DNA of 64,000 nt from Narcine bancroftii. Lineage: Eukaryota. The notes below the pieces were generated by a model, which saw nothing but the letters and a program-made list of their open reading frames with translations, had not been told where the DNA came from and ran no database searches. Location of the stretch: positions 137,826,001-137,890,000 of the forward strand of contig NC_091475.1 in the NCBI RefSeq assembly GCF_036971445.1. The letters run 5' to 3'. Shown in pieces: positions 36,238 to 51,200 of the stretch (positions are counted from its first letter, which is position 1; the number at the start of each line of letters is the position of its first letter). Both the position numbers and the translations under genes were made by a program.

Positions 36238-39200
36238 GAGGGGGGGATCTTCACCGGGGGGGGGGATATCTTTGCAGGGGGAGATATCTTCACCGGGGAG
36301 GGGATATTTTCGCCGGGGAGGGGATATCTTCGCCGGGGGAGGATATCTTCGCTGGGGGGATATCTTCACCAGGGGGGATATCTTCGCCGGGGGGGATATC
36401 TTCGCCGGGGGGATATCTTCGCAGGATGGGATATCTTTGCCGGGGGTGATATCTTCGCCGGGGGAACCTTCACCGGGGGGATATCTTCGCCGGGGGATAT
36501 CTTCACTGTGGGGGTATATATTTGCCATGGGGGGATATATTCGTCGGGGGGATCTTCACCGGGGGGATATCTTCGACGGGGGAATATCTTCAACGGGGGG
36601 TATATCTTCGATGGGGGGGATATCTTCGATGGGGGGGATATTTTCGATGAAGGGATATCTTCGACGGGAAGATATCTTCGATGGGGGATATCTTCAATGG
36701 GGGATATCTTCGATGGGGGTATCTTCGATGGGGGATAACTTTGCCAGGGGATATCTTCTCTGGGGGATATCTTCTCCGGGAGTTATCTTAGCCATGTGGG
36801 GGGGAGATCTTCACCGGGGGGTTATCTTCGCCGGGGGGATATCTTTGCCGGGGGATATCTTTGCCGGAGGATATCTTCGCCAGGGGGAGATATCTTCACC
36901 GGGGGGATATCTTCGACGGGGGGGATATCTTCGACGGGGAGTTATCTTCGACGGGGGGATATCTTCGATGGAGGATATCTTTGACAGGGGGATATCTTCG
37001 ACAGGGGGATATCTTCGACAGGCAGATATCTTCGACGGGGATATCTTCGACGGGGTGGATATCTTTGACGAGGGTGATATCTTCGACTGGGGATATCTTC
37101 GATGGGGGTTATCTTCGCCGGGGTGGGGGATATCTTCGCCGGGGGGATATATTCACCAAGGGGATATCTTCGCTGGGGGGATATCTTCGCCGGGGGGATA
37201 TCTTCTCCGGGGGATATCTTCGATGGGGGGATATCTTGGATGGGAGGATATCTTCAATGGAGGATATCTTCGATGGGGCGGATATCTTCGACAGGGGAAT
37301 ATCTTCGATAGGGGATATCTTCGACTGGGGGATATCTTCGACAGGGTGATATCTTCGATGGGGTGGATATGTTTGATGGGGGTATCTTCAATGGGAGGAT
37401 ATCTTTGAAGGGGGGATATCTTCGACGGGGAATATCATCGACGGGGAGATATCTTTGACGTGGTGGGATATATTCAACGGGGGATATCTTCGACGGGGAT
37501 ATATTCGACAGGGGGTATCTTCACTGTGGGAGTAATCTTCGCTGGGGGTATCTTCGCCAGGAGGGATATCTTCGCTGGGGGAGATATCATCACCAGTGGG
37601 GATATCTTCGCCGGGGGGATTTCTTCGATTGGGGATATCTTCGACGGGGTGGATATCTTCGACTGGGGTGATATCTTCAATGGGGGATATCTTTGATGGG
37701 GGGATATCTGCGACTGGGTGATATCTTCAATGGGGGATATCTTCGACGGTGGATATATTCGACGGGGGGATGTCTTTGCAGGGGGTGATATTTTCACCAC
37801 GAGGGGATATCTTCTCTGCGGGGATATCTTCGCTGGGCAGGGGGATATCTTCGCCGGGGTTGGGGGATATCTTCGCCGGTGGGGGATATCTTTGATGGGG
37901 GGATATCTGCGACTGGGAGATATCTTCAATGGGGGATATCTTCGACGGTGGATATATTCGACGGGGGGATATCTTTGCAGGGGGTGATATTTTCACCACG
38001 AGGGGATATCTTCTCTGCGGGGATATCTTCGCTGGGCAGGGGGATATCTTCGCCGGGGTTGGGGGATATCTTCGCCGGTGGGGGATATCTTTGACGGGGT
38101 GGATATCTTCGACGGGGGGCGGGATATCTTCAATGGGGGTTATCTTTGATGGGGGTTATCTTTGATGGGGGGTTATCTTCAACAGGGTGCATATATTTGA
38201 CTGGGGATATCTTCGACAGGGGAATATCTTCGACGTGGGGATATCTTCGATGGGGATATCTTCAATCGGGGGATATCTTCGATGGGGGTATCTTCGACGG
38301 GGATATCTTCGACGGGGTGGATATCTTTGACGGGGTGATATCTTCGACTGGGGATATCTTCGATGGGGCTTATCTTCGCCGGGGTGGGGGATATCTTCGC
38401 CGTGGGGGATATATTCGCCAAGGGGATATCTTCGCTGGGGGGATATCTTCGCCGGGGGATATCTTCTCCAGGAGGATATCTTAGCCGTGTGGGGGGGAGA
38501 TCTTCACCGGGGGGATATCTTCGCCGGGGGGATATCTTTGCCGGGGGATATCTTCGCCAGGGGGAGATATCTTCACCGGGGGGGATATCTTCGATGGGGG
38601 GATATCTTCGACGGGGAGTTATCTTCGACGGGGGGATATCATCGATGGAGGATATCTTCGACTGGGGGATATCTTTGACAGGGTGATATCTTCGACGGGG
38701 TGGATATGTTCGAAGGGGGTATCTTCAATGGGAGGATATCTTTGAAGGGGGGATATCTTCGACGGGGAGATATCTTTGATGGGGTGGTATATCTTCGACG
38801 GGGCATATCTTCGACATGGTGGGATATCTTCGATGAGGGATATCTTCGATGGGGGATATATTCGACGGGGGGTATCTTCACTGTGGGAGTAATCTTCGCT
38901 GGGGGTATCTTAGCCAGGAGGGATATCTTCGCCGGGGGAGATATCATCGCCAGTGGGGATATCTTCGCCGGGGGGGATTTCTTCGATTGGGGATATCTTC
39001 GACGGGGTGGATATCTTCGACTGGGGTGATATCTTCGATGGGGGATATCTTTAATGGGGGATATCTGCGACTGGGAGATATCTTCAATGGGGATATCTTC
39101 GACGGTGGATATATTCGACAGGGGGGATATCTTTGCAGGGGGTGATATTTTCACCACGAGGGGATATCTTCTCTGCGGGGATATCTTCGCAGGGCAGGGG

Positions 39201-42200
39201 GATATCTTTGCCGGGGTTGGGGGATAACTTCGCCGGTGGGTGATATCTTTGACGGGGTGGATATCTTCGACGGGGGCAGGATATCTTCAATGGGGGTTAT
39301 CTTTGATGGGGGCAATCTTTGATGGGGGGGTTATCTTCAGCAGGGTGCATATATTCGACTGGGGATATCTTCGACGGGGGATATCTTCCACGGGGTGGAT
39401 ATCTTCGATGGGGGTTATCTTCGCTGGGGGTGGGAGATATATTCGACGGGGGGATATATTCGCCAGGGGATATCTTCACTGGGGGGATATCTTCGCCAGA
39501 GCGATATCTTCTCCGGGGGATATCTTTGCTGGGCAGGATATCTTCGACGGGGGGATATCTTCGACAGGGGATATCTTTGATGGGGGTATATCTTCGCCGG
39601 GGGTGGGGGATATCTTTGCCGGGTGGATATCTTCTCCGGGGGATATCTTCGCTGGGTGGGATATCTTTGACAGAGGGGATATCTTGAATGGTGTGATAAC
39701 TTCGATGCGGGGATATCTTCTATGGGGTGGATATCCTCGACGGGGGGATATCTTCGGCGGGTGGATATCTTCGACTGGGGATATCTTCGACGTGGAGATA
39801 TCTTCGACATGGGATATCTTTGATGGGGATATCTTCGACAGGGGATATCTTCTCAGGGATATCTTCAACGGGGGGATATCTTTGACGGGGATATCTTCAA
39901 TGGGGCAGATATCTTCGACGGGGGGGATATCTTCTACGAGGTGGATATCTTCGACGGGGGATATCTTCGACAGGGGGATATCTTCGGCGGGCAGATACCT
40001 TCGACTGGGGATATCTTTGATGGGGAGATATCTTCGAAGGGGGATATCTTCGATGGGATATCTTATCGGGGGGCTATCTTCGACGGGGGGATATCTTCGA
40101 CGGGGATATCTTCGACGGGGTGATATTTTCGACGGGATGGATATCTTCGTCGGGGGATAGCTTCGACATGAGGATATCTTCGATTGGGGATATCGTCGAC
40201 GGGGGATATCTTCGACGGGGTGATATCTTTGACGGGATGGGATATCTTCGACGGGGCAAATCTTCGAAAGGGTGGGATATCTTCGACGGGGATATCTTCG
40301 ACGGGGGGTATCTTCACCGGGGGAGTAATCTTCGCTGGGGGTATCTTTGCTGGGAGGGATATCTTTGCCGGGGGACATATCATCGCCGGTTGAGATATCT
40401 TCTACGGGGGGATTTCTTCGATTTGGGAATATCTTCGACGGGGTGGATATCTTTGACGGGTGGATATCTCCGATGGGGGGATATCTTCGATGGTGGGAAA
40501 TCTTCGACGGGGGTTATCTTCGATGGGGTATATCTTCGCCGGTGGTGGGGGACATCTTCATTGGGGGAATATATCATAGCCGGGGGGATATCTTCGCTGG
40601 GGGATATCTTCGACGGTGGAATATCTTCGACGGGGGATATCTTCTCTGGGGGATATCTTCGACGGTGGAATATCTTCGACGGGGGATATCTTCGATGGGG
40701 GGATATCTTCGATGGTGGGATATCTTCAACGGGGCGGATATCTTCGATGGGGAAATCTTCTACGGGGGGATATCTTCGACGGGGGGATATCTTCGATGGT
40801 GGGATATATTTAAAGGGGTGGATATGTTCGAAGGGGGATATCTTCGACGGGGTGGATATCTTCAACGGGGGATATCTTCCACGGGGGGTATATTCACCAG
40901 GGGAGTAATCAATGCTGGGGGTATCTTCGCTGGTGGGGATATCTTCACCGGGGGAGATTTCTTCGATGGGGATATCTTCGACGGGGTGGATATCTTCGAC
41001 AGGGGTGATATCTTCAATGGGGGTTATCTTCGACGGGGGATATCTTCTATGGAGTGGATATCTTCGATGGGGAAATATCCTCGACAGGAGGATATCTTCA
41101 GTGGGGGGATACCTTCGACAGTGGATATCTTTAACGGGGGAGATATATTCGACGGTGGGATATCTTCGACGGGGATATCTTCGACAGGGGGTATCTTCTA
41201 TGGGGCATATCTTCGACAGGGGGATATCTTCGACAGTGTATATCTTTGACGGGGGGATATCTTCGATGGGGTGTATCTTCACCGGAGGAGTAATCTTCGC
41301 TGGGGGTATCTTCGCCAGGAGGGATATCTTCTCCAGGGGAGATATCATCGCCAATGGGGATATCTTCCCCGGGGGGATTTCTTCGATGGAGGATATGTTC
41401 GACAGAGTGGGTATCTTCGACGGGATGATATCTTCGATGGGGGTGATATCTTCGACAGGGGGATATCTTCGGAGGGGGGATATCTTCGACTGGGGATATC
41501 TTCGACGGGGAGTTATCTTTGACGGGGGGGATATCTTCGATGGAGGATACCTTAGACAGGGGGAAATCTTCGAAGGGGGGATATCTTCGACGGGGGATAT
41601 GTTCGACGGAGTGGATATCTTCGATGGGGGTGATATCTTCTATGGGGTGGATATCTTCGACGGGGTTGATATCTTTGATGGGGGAATATCTTCGACAGGG
41701 GGATATCTTTTGCGGGGGGATATCTTCAACGGGGGTTATCTTCAACAGTTTGTATACATTCGACGGGGGATATCTTCTATGGGGATATCTTCGACAGGGG
41801 GATATCTTTGACTCTTAATATCTTTGATGGGGGGATATCTTCGACGGGGGTATATCTTTGAGGGGGATGTCTTCGAAGGGGGGTTATCTTCGACGGGGAT
41901 ATCATCGACGGGGTGGATATCTTTGACGGGGGGGAATATTTTCGACGGGGTGATATGTTCGCCAGGGGATATCTTAGCCATGTGGGGGGAGATCTTCACC
42001 GGGGGGTATCTTTGCCTGGGGTTTATCTTCGCCGGGGGGTTATCTTTGCCGTAGGGGATATCTTCGCCAGGTGCTGATATCTTCGCCAGGGGGAGATATC
42101 TGAACCGGGGGGATATCTTCATCAGGGGGATACCTTCGCCGGGAGGGATATCTTTGACGGGGGGATATCTTCGATGTGGGGATATCTTCGACGGGGGGAT

Positions 42201-45200
42201 ATCTTTGACGAGGACTTAGCTACGACGGGGGGATATCTTCACCAGGGGAATATCTTTGCCGGGGACATATCTTCGCCGGGGGGATATCTTTGATGGGATG
42301 GATATCTTCGACGGTGGGATACCTTTGACGGGGCTGATATCTTCAACAGGGGATATCTTCTACGGGGTGGATATCTTCGACGGGGTGGATATCTTTGACG
42401 GGGGAATATCTTCGACAGGGGGATATCTTTTGCAGGGGGATATCTTCAACTGGGGATATATTCGATGGGGTGGATATCTTCGACCGGGGGAATATCTTCG
42501 ATGGGATATATCTTCGATGGGGTATATCTTCAACGGGGGTTATCAACAGGTTGTATATATTCGACGGCGGATATCTTCGACGGGGTGATATCTTCGATTG
42601 GGGTTATCTTAGACAGGGGGATATCTTCCACAGGGGGATATCTTCGAAGGGGGGATATCTTCGACGGGGGATATGTTCGACGGAGTGGATATCTTCGACG
42701 GGGTTGATATCTTTGATGGGGGAATATCTTCGTCAGGGGGATATCTTTTGCGGCGGGATATCTTCAACGGGGGTTATCTTCAACAGGTTGTATATATTCG
42801 ACGGGGGATATCTTCTATGGGGATATCTTCGACAGGGGGATATCTTCGACTGTTAATATCTTTGATGGGGGGATATCTTCGACGGGGCTATATCTTTGAG
42901 GGGGATATCTTCGACGGGGTGATATCTTCGCCGGGGGATATCTTAGCCATGTGGGGGGAGATCTTCACCGGGGGGTATCTTTGCCTGGGGTTTATCTTCG
43001 CCGGGGGGTTATCTTTGCCGCGGTGGATATCTTCGCCAGGCGCTGATATCTTCGCCAGGGGGAAATATCTTAACCGGGGGGATATCTTCACCGGGGGGAT
43101 ACCTTCGCCAGGAGGGATATCTTTGATGGGGCGATATCTTCGATGTGGGGATATCTTCGATGGGGGGATATCTTCGACGGGGACTTAGCTACGATGGGGG
43201 GATATCTTCACCAGGGGAATATCTTTGCCGGGGGCATATCTTCGCCGGGGAGATATCTTTGATGGGATGGAATTCTTCGATGGTGGGATACCTTTGACGG
43301 GGCGGATATCTTAGACAGGGAATATCTTCTACGGGGTGGATATCTTCGACGGGGTGGATATCTTTGACGGGGGAATATCTTCGACAGGGGGATATCTTTT
43401 GCAGGGGGATATCTTCAACTAGGGATATCTTCGACGGGGTGGATATCTTCGACCGGGGGGATATCTTCGACGGGGGATATCTTCGATGGGGTATATCTTC
43501 AACGGGGGTTATCAACAGGTTGTATATATTTGACAGTGGATATCTTCGACAGGGGATATCTTTGACAGGGATATCTTCAACGGGGGGATATCTTCGACTG
43601 GGGATATCTTCGATGGGGAGATATCTTTGACGGGGGGATACCTTGGACGGGGGTATCTTCGATGGGGTGGATATCTTCGACGGTGGGATATCTTTGACAG
43701 GGGGATATCTTCGATGAGGGATATCTTCGACGGGGATATCTTCGACAGGGAGTATCTTCTATGGGGCATATCTTTGACAGGGGATATTTTCAACAGTGGA
43801 TATCTTTGATGGGGGGATATCTTCGATGGGGTGTATCTTCACCGGAGGAGTAATCTTCGCTGGGGGGTATTTTCGCCAGGAGGGATATCTTCTCCAGGGG
43901 AGATATCATCGCCGGTGGGGATATCTTCCCCGGGGGGATTTCTTCGATGGAGGATATGTTCGACGGAGTGGATATCTTCGACGGGATGATATCTTCTACG
44001 TGGGTGATATCTTCGACAGGGGGATATCTTCGGAGGGGGGATATCTTCGACTGGGGATATCTTCAACGGGGAGTTATCTTTGATGGGGGGATATCTTCGA
44101 TGGAGGATACCTTAGACAGGGGGATATCTTCCACAGGGGGATATCTTCGAAGGGGGGATATCTTCGACGGGGGATATGTTCGACGGAGTGGATATCTTCG
44201 ACGGGGTTGATATCTTTGATGGGGGAATATATTCGACAGGGGATATCTTTTGCGGGGGGATATCTTCAACGGGGGTTATCTTCAACAGGTTGTATATATT
44301 CGACGGGGGATATCTTCTATGGGGATATCTTCGACAGGGGGATATCTTCGACTGTTAATATCTTTGATGGGGGGATATCTTCGACGGGGGTATATCTTTG
44401 AGGGGGATATCTTCGACGGGGGGATATCTTTGATGGGGATATCATCGACGGGGTGGATATCTTCGGCGGGGGATATCTTAGCCATGTGGGGGGAGATCTT
44501 CACCGGGGGGTATCTTTGCCTGGAGTTTATCTTCGCCGGGGGGTTATCTTTGCCACAGGGGATATCTTCGCCAGGAGGGATATATTCGCTGGGGGTGATA
44601 TCATTGCCGGTGGGGATATCTTTGCCGGGGGGATTTCTTCGATGGTGGGATATCTTCGACGGGGTGGATATCTTCGACGGGGTGGATATATTCGACAGGG
44701 GATATCTTCGACGGGGGATATCTTCGATGGGGGATATCTTCAAAAGGGGGGTTATCTTCAACAGGGTGTATATATTCGACAGGGGGATATCTTCAACAGG
44801 GAATATCTTTGACGGGGTGGATATCTTCGAGGGGGCGATATGTTCGACGGGGGATATGTTCGACGGAGTGGATATCTTCGACGGGGTTGATATCTTTGAT
44901 GGGGGAATATCTTCGACAGGGGGATATCTTCGATGGGGGATATCTTCAAAAGGGGGGTTATCTTCAACAGGGTGTATATATTCGACAGGGGGATATCTTC
45001 AACAGGGAATATCTTTGACGGGGTGGATATCTTCGAGGGGGCGATATGTTCGACGGGGGATATGTTCGACGGAGTGGATATCTTCGACGGGGTTGATATC
45101 TTTGATGGGGGAATATCTTCACCGGGGGATATCTTAGTCATGTGGGGGGAGATCTTCACCGGGGGGTATCTTTGCCTGGGGTTTATCTTCGCCGGGGGGT

Positions 45201-48200
45201 TATCTTTGCCGCAGGGGATATCTTCGCCAGGCGCTGATATCTTCGCCAGGGGGAGATATCTTAACCGGGGGGATATCTTCACCGGGGGGATACCTTCGCC
45301 AGGAGGGATATCTTTGATGGGGTGATATCTTCGATGTGGGGATATCTTCGATGGGGGGATATCTTCGACGGGGACTTAGCTACGATGGGGGGATATCTTC
45401 ACCAGGGGAATATCTTTGCCGGGGGCATATCTTCGCCGGGGGGATATCTTTGATGGGATGGATATCTTCGATGGTGGGATACCTTTGCTCGGGCGGATAT
45501 CTTAGACAGGGGATATCTTCTACGGGGTGGATATCTTCGACGGGGTGGATATCTTTGACGGGGGAATATCTTCGACAGGGGGATATCTTTTGCAGGGGGA
45601 TATCTTCAACTAGGGATATCTTCGACGGGGTGGATATCTTCGACCGGGGGGATATCTTCGACGGGGGATATCTTCGATGGGGTATATCTTCAACGGGGGT
45701 TATCAACAGGTTGTATATATTCGACGGTGGATATCTTCGACAGGGGGATATCTTTGACGGGGATATCTTCACCAGGGGAGTAATCTTCGCTGGGGGTATC
45801 TTCGCCTGGAGGGATATATTCGCTGGGGGTGATATCATTGCCGGTGGGGATATCTTCGCCGGGGGGGGGATTTCTTCGATGGGGGATATCTTCGACAGGG
45901 GGATATCTTCGACAGTGGATATCTTTGACAGGGGGATATCTTCGACGGGGGTTATCTTCGATGGGGATATCATCGACGGGGGTGGATATCTTCAACGGGG
46001 GGATATTTTGGACAGGGTGGGATATCTTCAACAGGGATATCTTCGACGGGGGTATCTTCACCAGGGGAGTAATCTTCACTGGGGGTATCTTCGCCTGGAG
46101 GGATATCTTCGCTGGGGTAGATATCATCGCCAGTGGGGATATCTTCGTTGGGGGGGATTTCTTCGATGGGGGATATCTTCGACGGGGTGGATATCTTCGA
46201 CGGGGGTGATATCTTCGATTGGGGTTATCTTCGACGGGGGATATCTTCTACAGGGTGGATATCTTCGACGGGGGAATATTGTCGACAGGGGGATATCTTC
46301 AACGGGGGGATATCTTCGACTGGGGATTACTTCGATGGGGAGATATCTTCGACGGGGGGATACCTTGGACGGGGGTATCTTTGATGGGGTGGATATCTTC
46401 GACGGTGGGATATCTTTGACAGGGGGATATCTTCAATGAGGGATATCTTCGACGGGGATATCTTCGACAGGGGGTATATTCTATGGGGCATATCTTTGAC
46501 AGGGGATATTTTCAACAGTGGATATCTTTGATGGGGGGATATCTTCGATGGGGTGTATCTTCACCGGAGGAGTAATCTTCGCTGGGGGGTATTTTCGCCA
46601 GGAGGGATATCTTCTCCAGGGGAGATATCATCGCCGGTGGGGATATCTTCCCCGGGGGGATTTCTTCGATGGAGGATATGTTCGACGGAGTGGATATCTT
46701 CGACGGGATGATATCTTCGACGGGGGTGATATCTTCGACAGGGAGATATCTTCGGAGGGGGGATATCTTCGACTGGGGATATCTTCAACGGGGAGTTATC
46801 TTTGATGGGGGGATATCTTCGATGGAGGATACCTTAGACAGGGGGATATCTTCCACAGCGGGATATCTTCGAAGGGGGGATATCTTCGACGGGGGATATG
46901 TTCGACGGAGTGGATATCTTCGACGGGGTTGATATCTTTGATGGGGGAATATCTTCGTCAGGGGGATATCTTTTGCGGCGGGATATCTTCAACGGGGGTT
47001 ATCTTCAACAGGTTGTATATATTCGACGGGGGATATCTTCTATGGGGATATCTTCGACAGGGGGATATCTTCGACTGTTAATATCTTTGATGGGGGGATA
47101 TCTTCGACGGGGCTATATCTTTGAGGGGGATATCTTCGACGGGGTGATATCTTCGCCGGGGGATATCTTAGCCATGTGGGGGGAGATCTTCACCGGGGGG
47201 TATCTTTGCCTGGGGTTTATCTTCGCCGGGGGGTTATCTTTGCCGCGGTGGATATCTTCGCCAGGCGCTGATATCTTCGCCAGGGGGAAATATCTTAACC
47301 GGGGGGATATCTTCACCGGGGGGATACCTTCGCCAGGAGGGATATCTTTGATGGGGCGATATCTTCGATGTGGGGATATCTTCGATGGGGGGATATCTTC
47401 GACGGGGACTTAGCTACGATGGGGGGATATCTTCACCAGGGGAATATCTTTGCCGGGGGCATATCTTCGCCGGGGAGATATCTTTGATGGGATGGAATTC
47501 TTCGATGGTGGGATACCTTTGACGGGGCGGATATCTTAGACAGGGAATATCTTCTACGGGGTGGATATCTTCGACGGGGTGGATATCTTTGACGGGGGAA
47601 TATCTTCGACAGGGGGATATCTTTTGCAGGGGGATATCTTCAACTAGGGATATCTTCGACGGGGTGGATATCTTCGACCGGGGGGATATCTTCGACGGGG
47701 GATATCTTCGATGGGGTATATCTTCAACGGGGGTTATCAACAGGTTGTATATATTCGACAGTGGATATCTTCGACAGGGGATATCTTTGACAGGGATATC
47801 TTCAACGGGGGGATATCGACTGGGGATATCTTCGATGGGGAGATATCTTCGACGGGGGGATACATTGGACGGGGGTATCTTCGATGGGGTGGATATCTTC
47901 GACGGTGGGATATCTTTGACAGGGGGATATCTTCGATGAGGGATATCTTCGACGGGGATATCTTCGACAGGGAGTATCTTCTATGGGGCATATCTTTGAC
48001 AGGGGATATTTTCAACAGTGGATATCTTTGATGGGGGGATATCTTCGATGGGGTGTATCTTCACCGGAGGAGTAATCTTCGCTGGGGGGTATTTTCGCCA
48101 GGAGGGATATCTTCTCCAGGGGAGATATCATCGCCGGTGGGGATATCTTCCCCGGGGGGATTTCTTCGATGGAGGATATGTTCGACGGAGTGGATATCTT

Positions 48201-51200
48201 CGACGGGATGATATCTTCGACGGGGGTGATATCTTCGACAGGGAGATATCTTCGGAGGGGGGATATCTTCGACTGGGGATATCTTCAACGGGGAGTTATC
48301 TTTGATGGGGGGATATCTTCGATGGAGGATACCTTAGACAGGGGGATATCTTCCACAGGGGGATATCTTCGAAGGGGGGATATCTTCGACGGGGGATATG
48401 TTCGACGGAGTGGATATCTTCGACGGGGTTGATATCTTTGATGGGGGAATATCTTCGTCAGGGGGATATCTTTTGCGGCGGGATATCTTCAACGGGGGTT
48501 ATCTTCAACAGGTTGTATATATTCGACGGGGGATATCTTCTATGGGGATATCTTCGACAGGGGGATATCTTCGACTGTTAATATCTTTGATGGGGGGATA
48601 TCTTCGACGGGGCTATATCTTTGAGGGGGATATCTTCGACGGGGTGATATCTTCGCCGGGGGATATCTTAGCCATGTGGGGGGAGATCTTCACCGGGGGG
48701 TATCTTTGCCTGGGGTTTATCTTCGCCGGGGGGTTATCTTTGCCGCGGTGGATATCTTCGCCAGGCGCTGATATCTTCGCCAGGGGGAAATATCTTAACC
48801 GGGGGGATATCTTCACCGGGGGGATACCTTCGCCAGGAGGGATATCTTTGATGGGGCGATATCTTCGATGTGGGGATATCTTCGATGGGGGGATATCTTC
48901 GACGGGGACTTAGCTACGATGGGGGGATATCTTCACCAGGGGAATATCTTTGCCGGGGGCATATCTTCGCCGGGGAGATATCTTTGATGGGATGGAATTC
49001 TTCGATGGTGGGATACCTTTGACGGGGCGGATATCTTAGACAGGGAATATCTTCTACGGGGTGGATATCTTCGACGGGGTGGATATCTTTGACGGGGGAA
49101 TATCTTCGACAGGGGGATATCTTTTGCAGGGGGATATCTTCAACTAGGGATATCTTCGACGGGGTGGATATCTTCGACCGGGGGGATATCTTCGACGGGG
49201 GATATCTTCGATGGGGTATATCTTCAACGGGGGTTATCAACAGGTTGTATATATTCGACAGTGGATATCTTCGACAGGGGATATCTTTGACAGGGATATC
49301 TTCAACGGGGGGATATCGACTGGGGATATCTTCGATGGGGAGATATCTTCGACGGGGGGATACATTGGACGGGGGTATCTTCGATGGGGTGGATATCTTC
49401 GACGGTGGGATATCTTTGACAGGGGGATATCTTCGATGAGGGATATCTTCGACGGGGATATCTTCGACAGGGAGTATCTTCTATGGGGCATATCTTTGAC
49501 AGGGGATATTTTCAACAGTGGATATCTTTGATGGGGGGATATCTTCGATGGGGTGTATCTTCACCGGAGGAGTAATCTTCGCTGGGGGGTATTTTCGCCA
49601 GGAGGGATATCTTCTCCAGGGGAGATATCATCGCCGGTGGGGATATCTTCCCCGGGAGGATTTCTTCGATGGAGGATATGTTCGACGGAGTGGATATCTT
49701 CGACGGGATGATATCTTCGACGGGGGTGATATCTTCGACAGGGGGATATCTTCGGAGGGGGGATATCTTCGACTGGGGATATCTTCAACGGGGAGTTATC
49801 TTTGATGGGGGGATATCTTCGATGGAGGATACCTTAGACAGGGGGAATATCTTCCACAGGGGGATATCTTCGAAGGGGGGATATCTTCGACGGGGGATAT
49901 GTTCGACGGAGTGGATATCTTCGACGGGGTTGATATCTTTGATGGGGGAATATCTTCGACAGGGGATATCTTTTGCGGGGGGATATCTTCAACGGGGGTT
50001 ATCTTCAACAGGTTGTATATATTCGACGGGGGATATCTTCTATGGGGATATCTTCGACAGGGGGATATCTTCGACTGTTAATATCTTTGATGGGGGGATA
50101 TCTTCGACGGGGGTATATCTTTGAGGGGGATATCTTCGACGGGGGGATATCTTCGATGGGGATATCATCGACGGGGTGGATATCTTCGGCGGGGGATATC
50201 TTAGCCATGTGGGGGGAGATCTTCACCGGGAGGGATATATTCGCTGGGGGTGATATCATTGCCGGTGGGGATATCTTTGCCGGGGGGATTTCTTCGATGG
50301 TGGGATATCTTCGACGGGGTGGATATCTTCGACGGGGTGGATATATTCGACAGGGGATATCTTCGACGGGGGATATCTTCGATGGGGGATATCTTCAAAA
50401 GGGGGGTTATCTTCAACAGGGTGTATATATTCGACAGGGGGATATCTTCAACAGGGAATATCTTTGACGGGGTGGATATCTTCGTGGGGGCGATATGTTC
50501 GACGGGGGATATGTTCGACGGAGTGGATATCTTCGACGGGGTTGATATCTTTGATGGGGGAATATCTTCGACAGGGGGATATCTTCGATGGGGGATATCT
50601 TCAAAAGGGGGGTTATCTTCAACAGGGTGTATATATTCGACAGGGGGATATCTTCAACAGGGAATATCTTTGACGGGGTGGATATCTTCGAGGGGGCGAT
50701 ATGTTCGACGGGGGATATGTTCGACGGAGTGGATATCTTCGACGGGGTGGATATCTTTGACGGGGGAATATCTTCGACAGGGGGATATCTTTTGCAGGGG
50801 GATATCTTCAACTAGGGATATCTTCGACGGGGTGGATATCTTCGACCGGGGGGATATCTTCGACGGGGGATATCTTCGATGGGGTATATCTTCAACGGGG
50901 GTTATCAACAGGTTGTATATATTCGACGGTGGATATCTTCGACAGGGGAATATCTTTGACGGGGATATCTTCACCAGGGGAGTAATCTTCGCTGGGGGTA
51001 TCTTCGCCTGGAGGGATATATTCGCTGGGGGTGATATCATTGCCGGTGGGGATATCTTCGCCGGGGGGATTTCTTCGATGGGGGGATATCTTCGACGGTG
51101 TGGATATCTTCGACGGGGTGGATATATTCGACGGGGGATATCTTCGACGGGGGATATCTTCGATGGGGGATATCTTCAACAGGGGGATATCTTCAACAGG

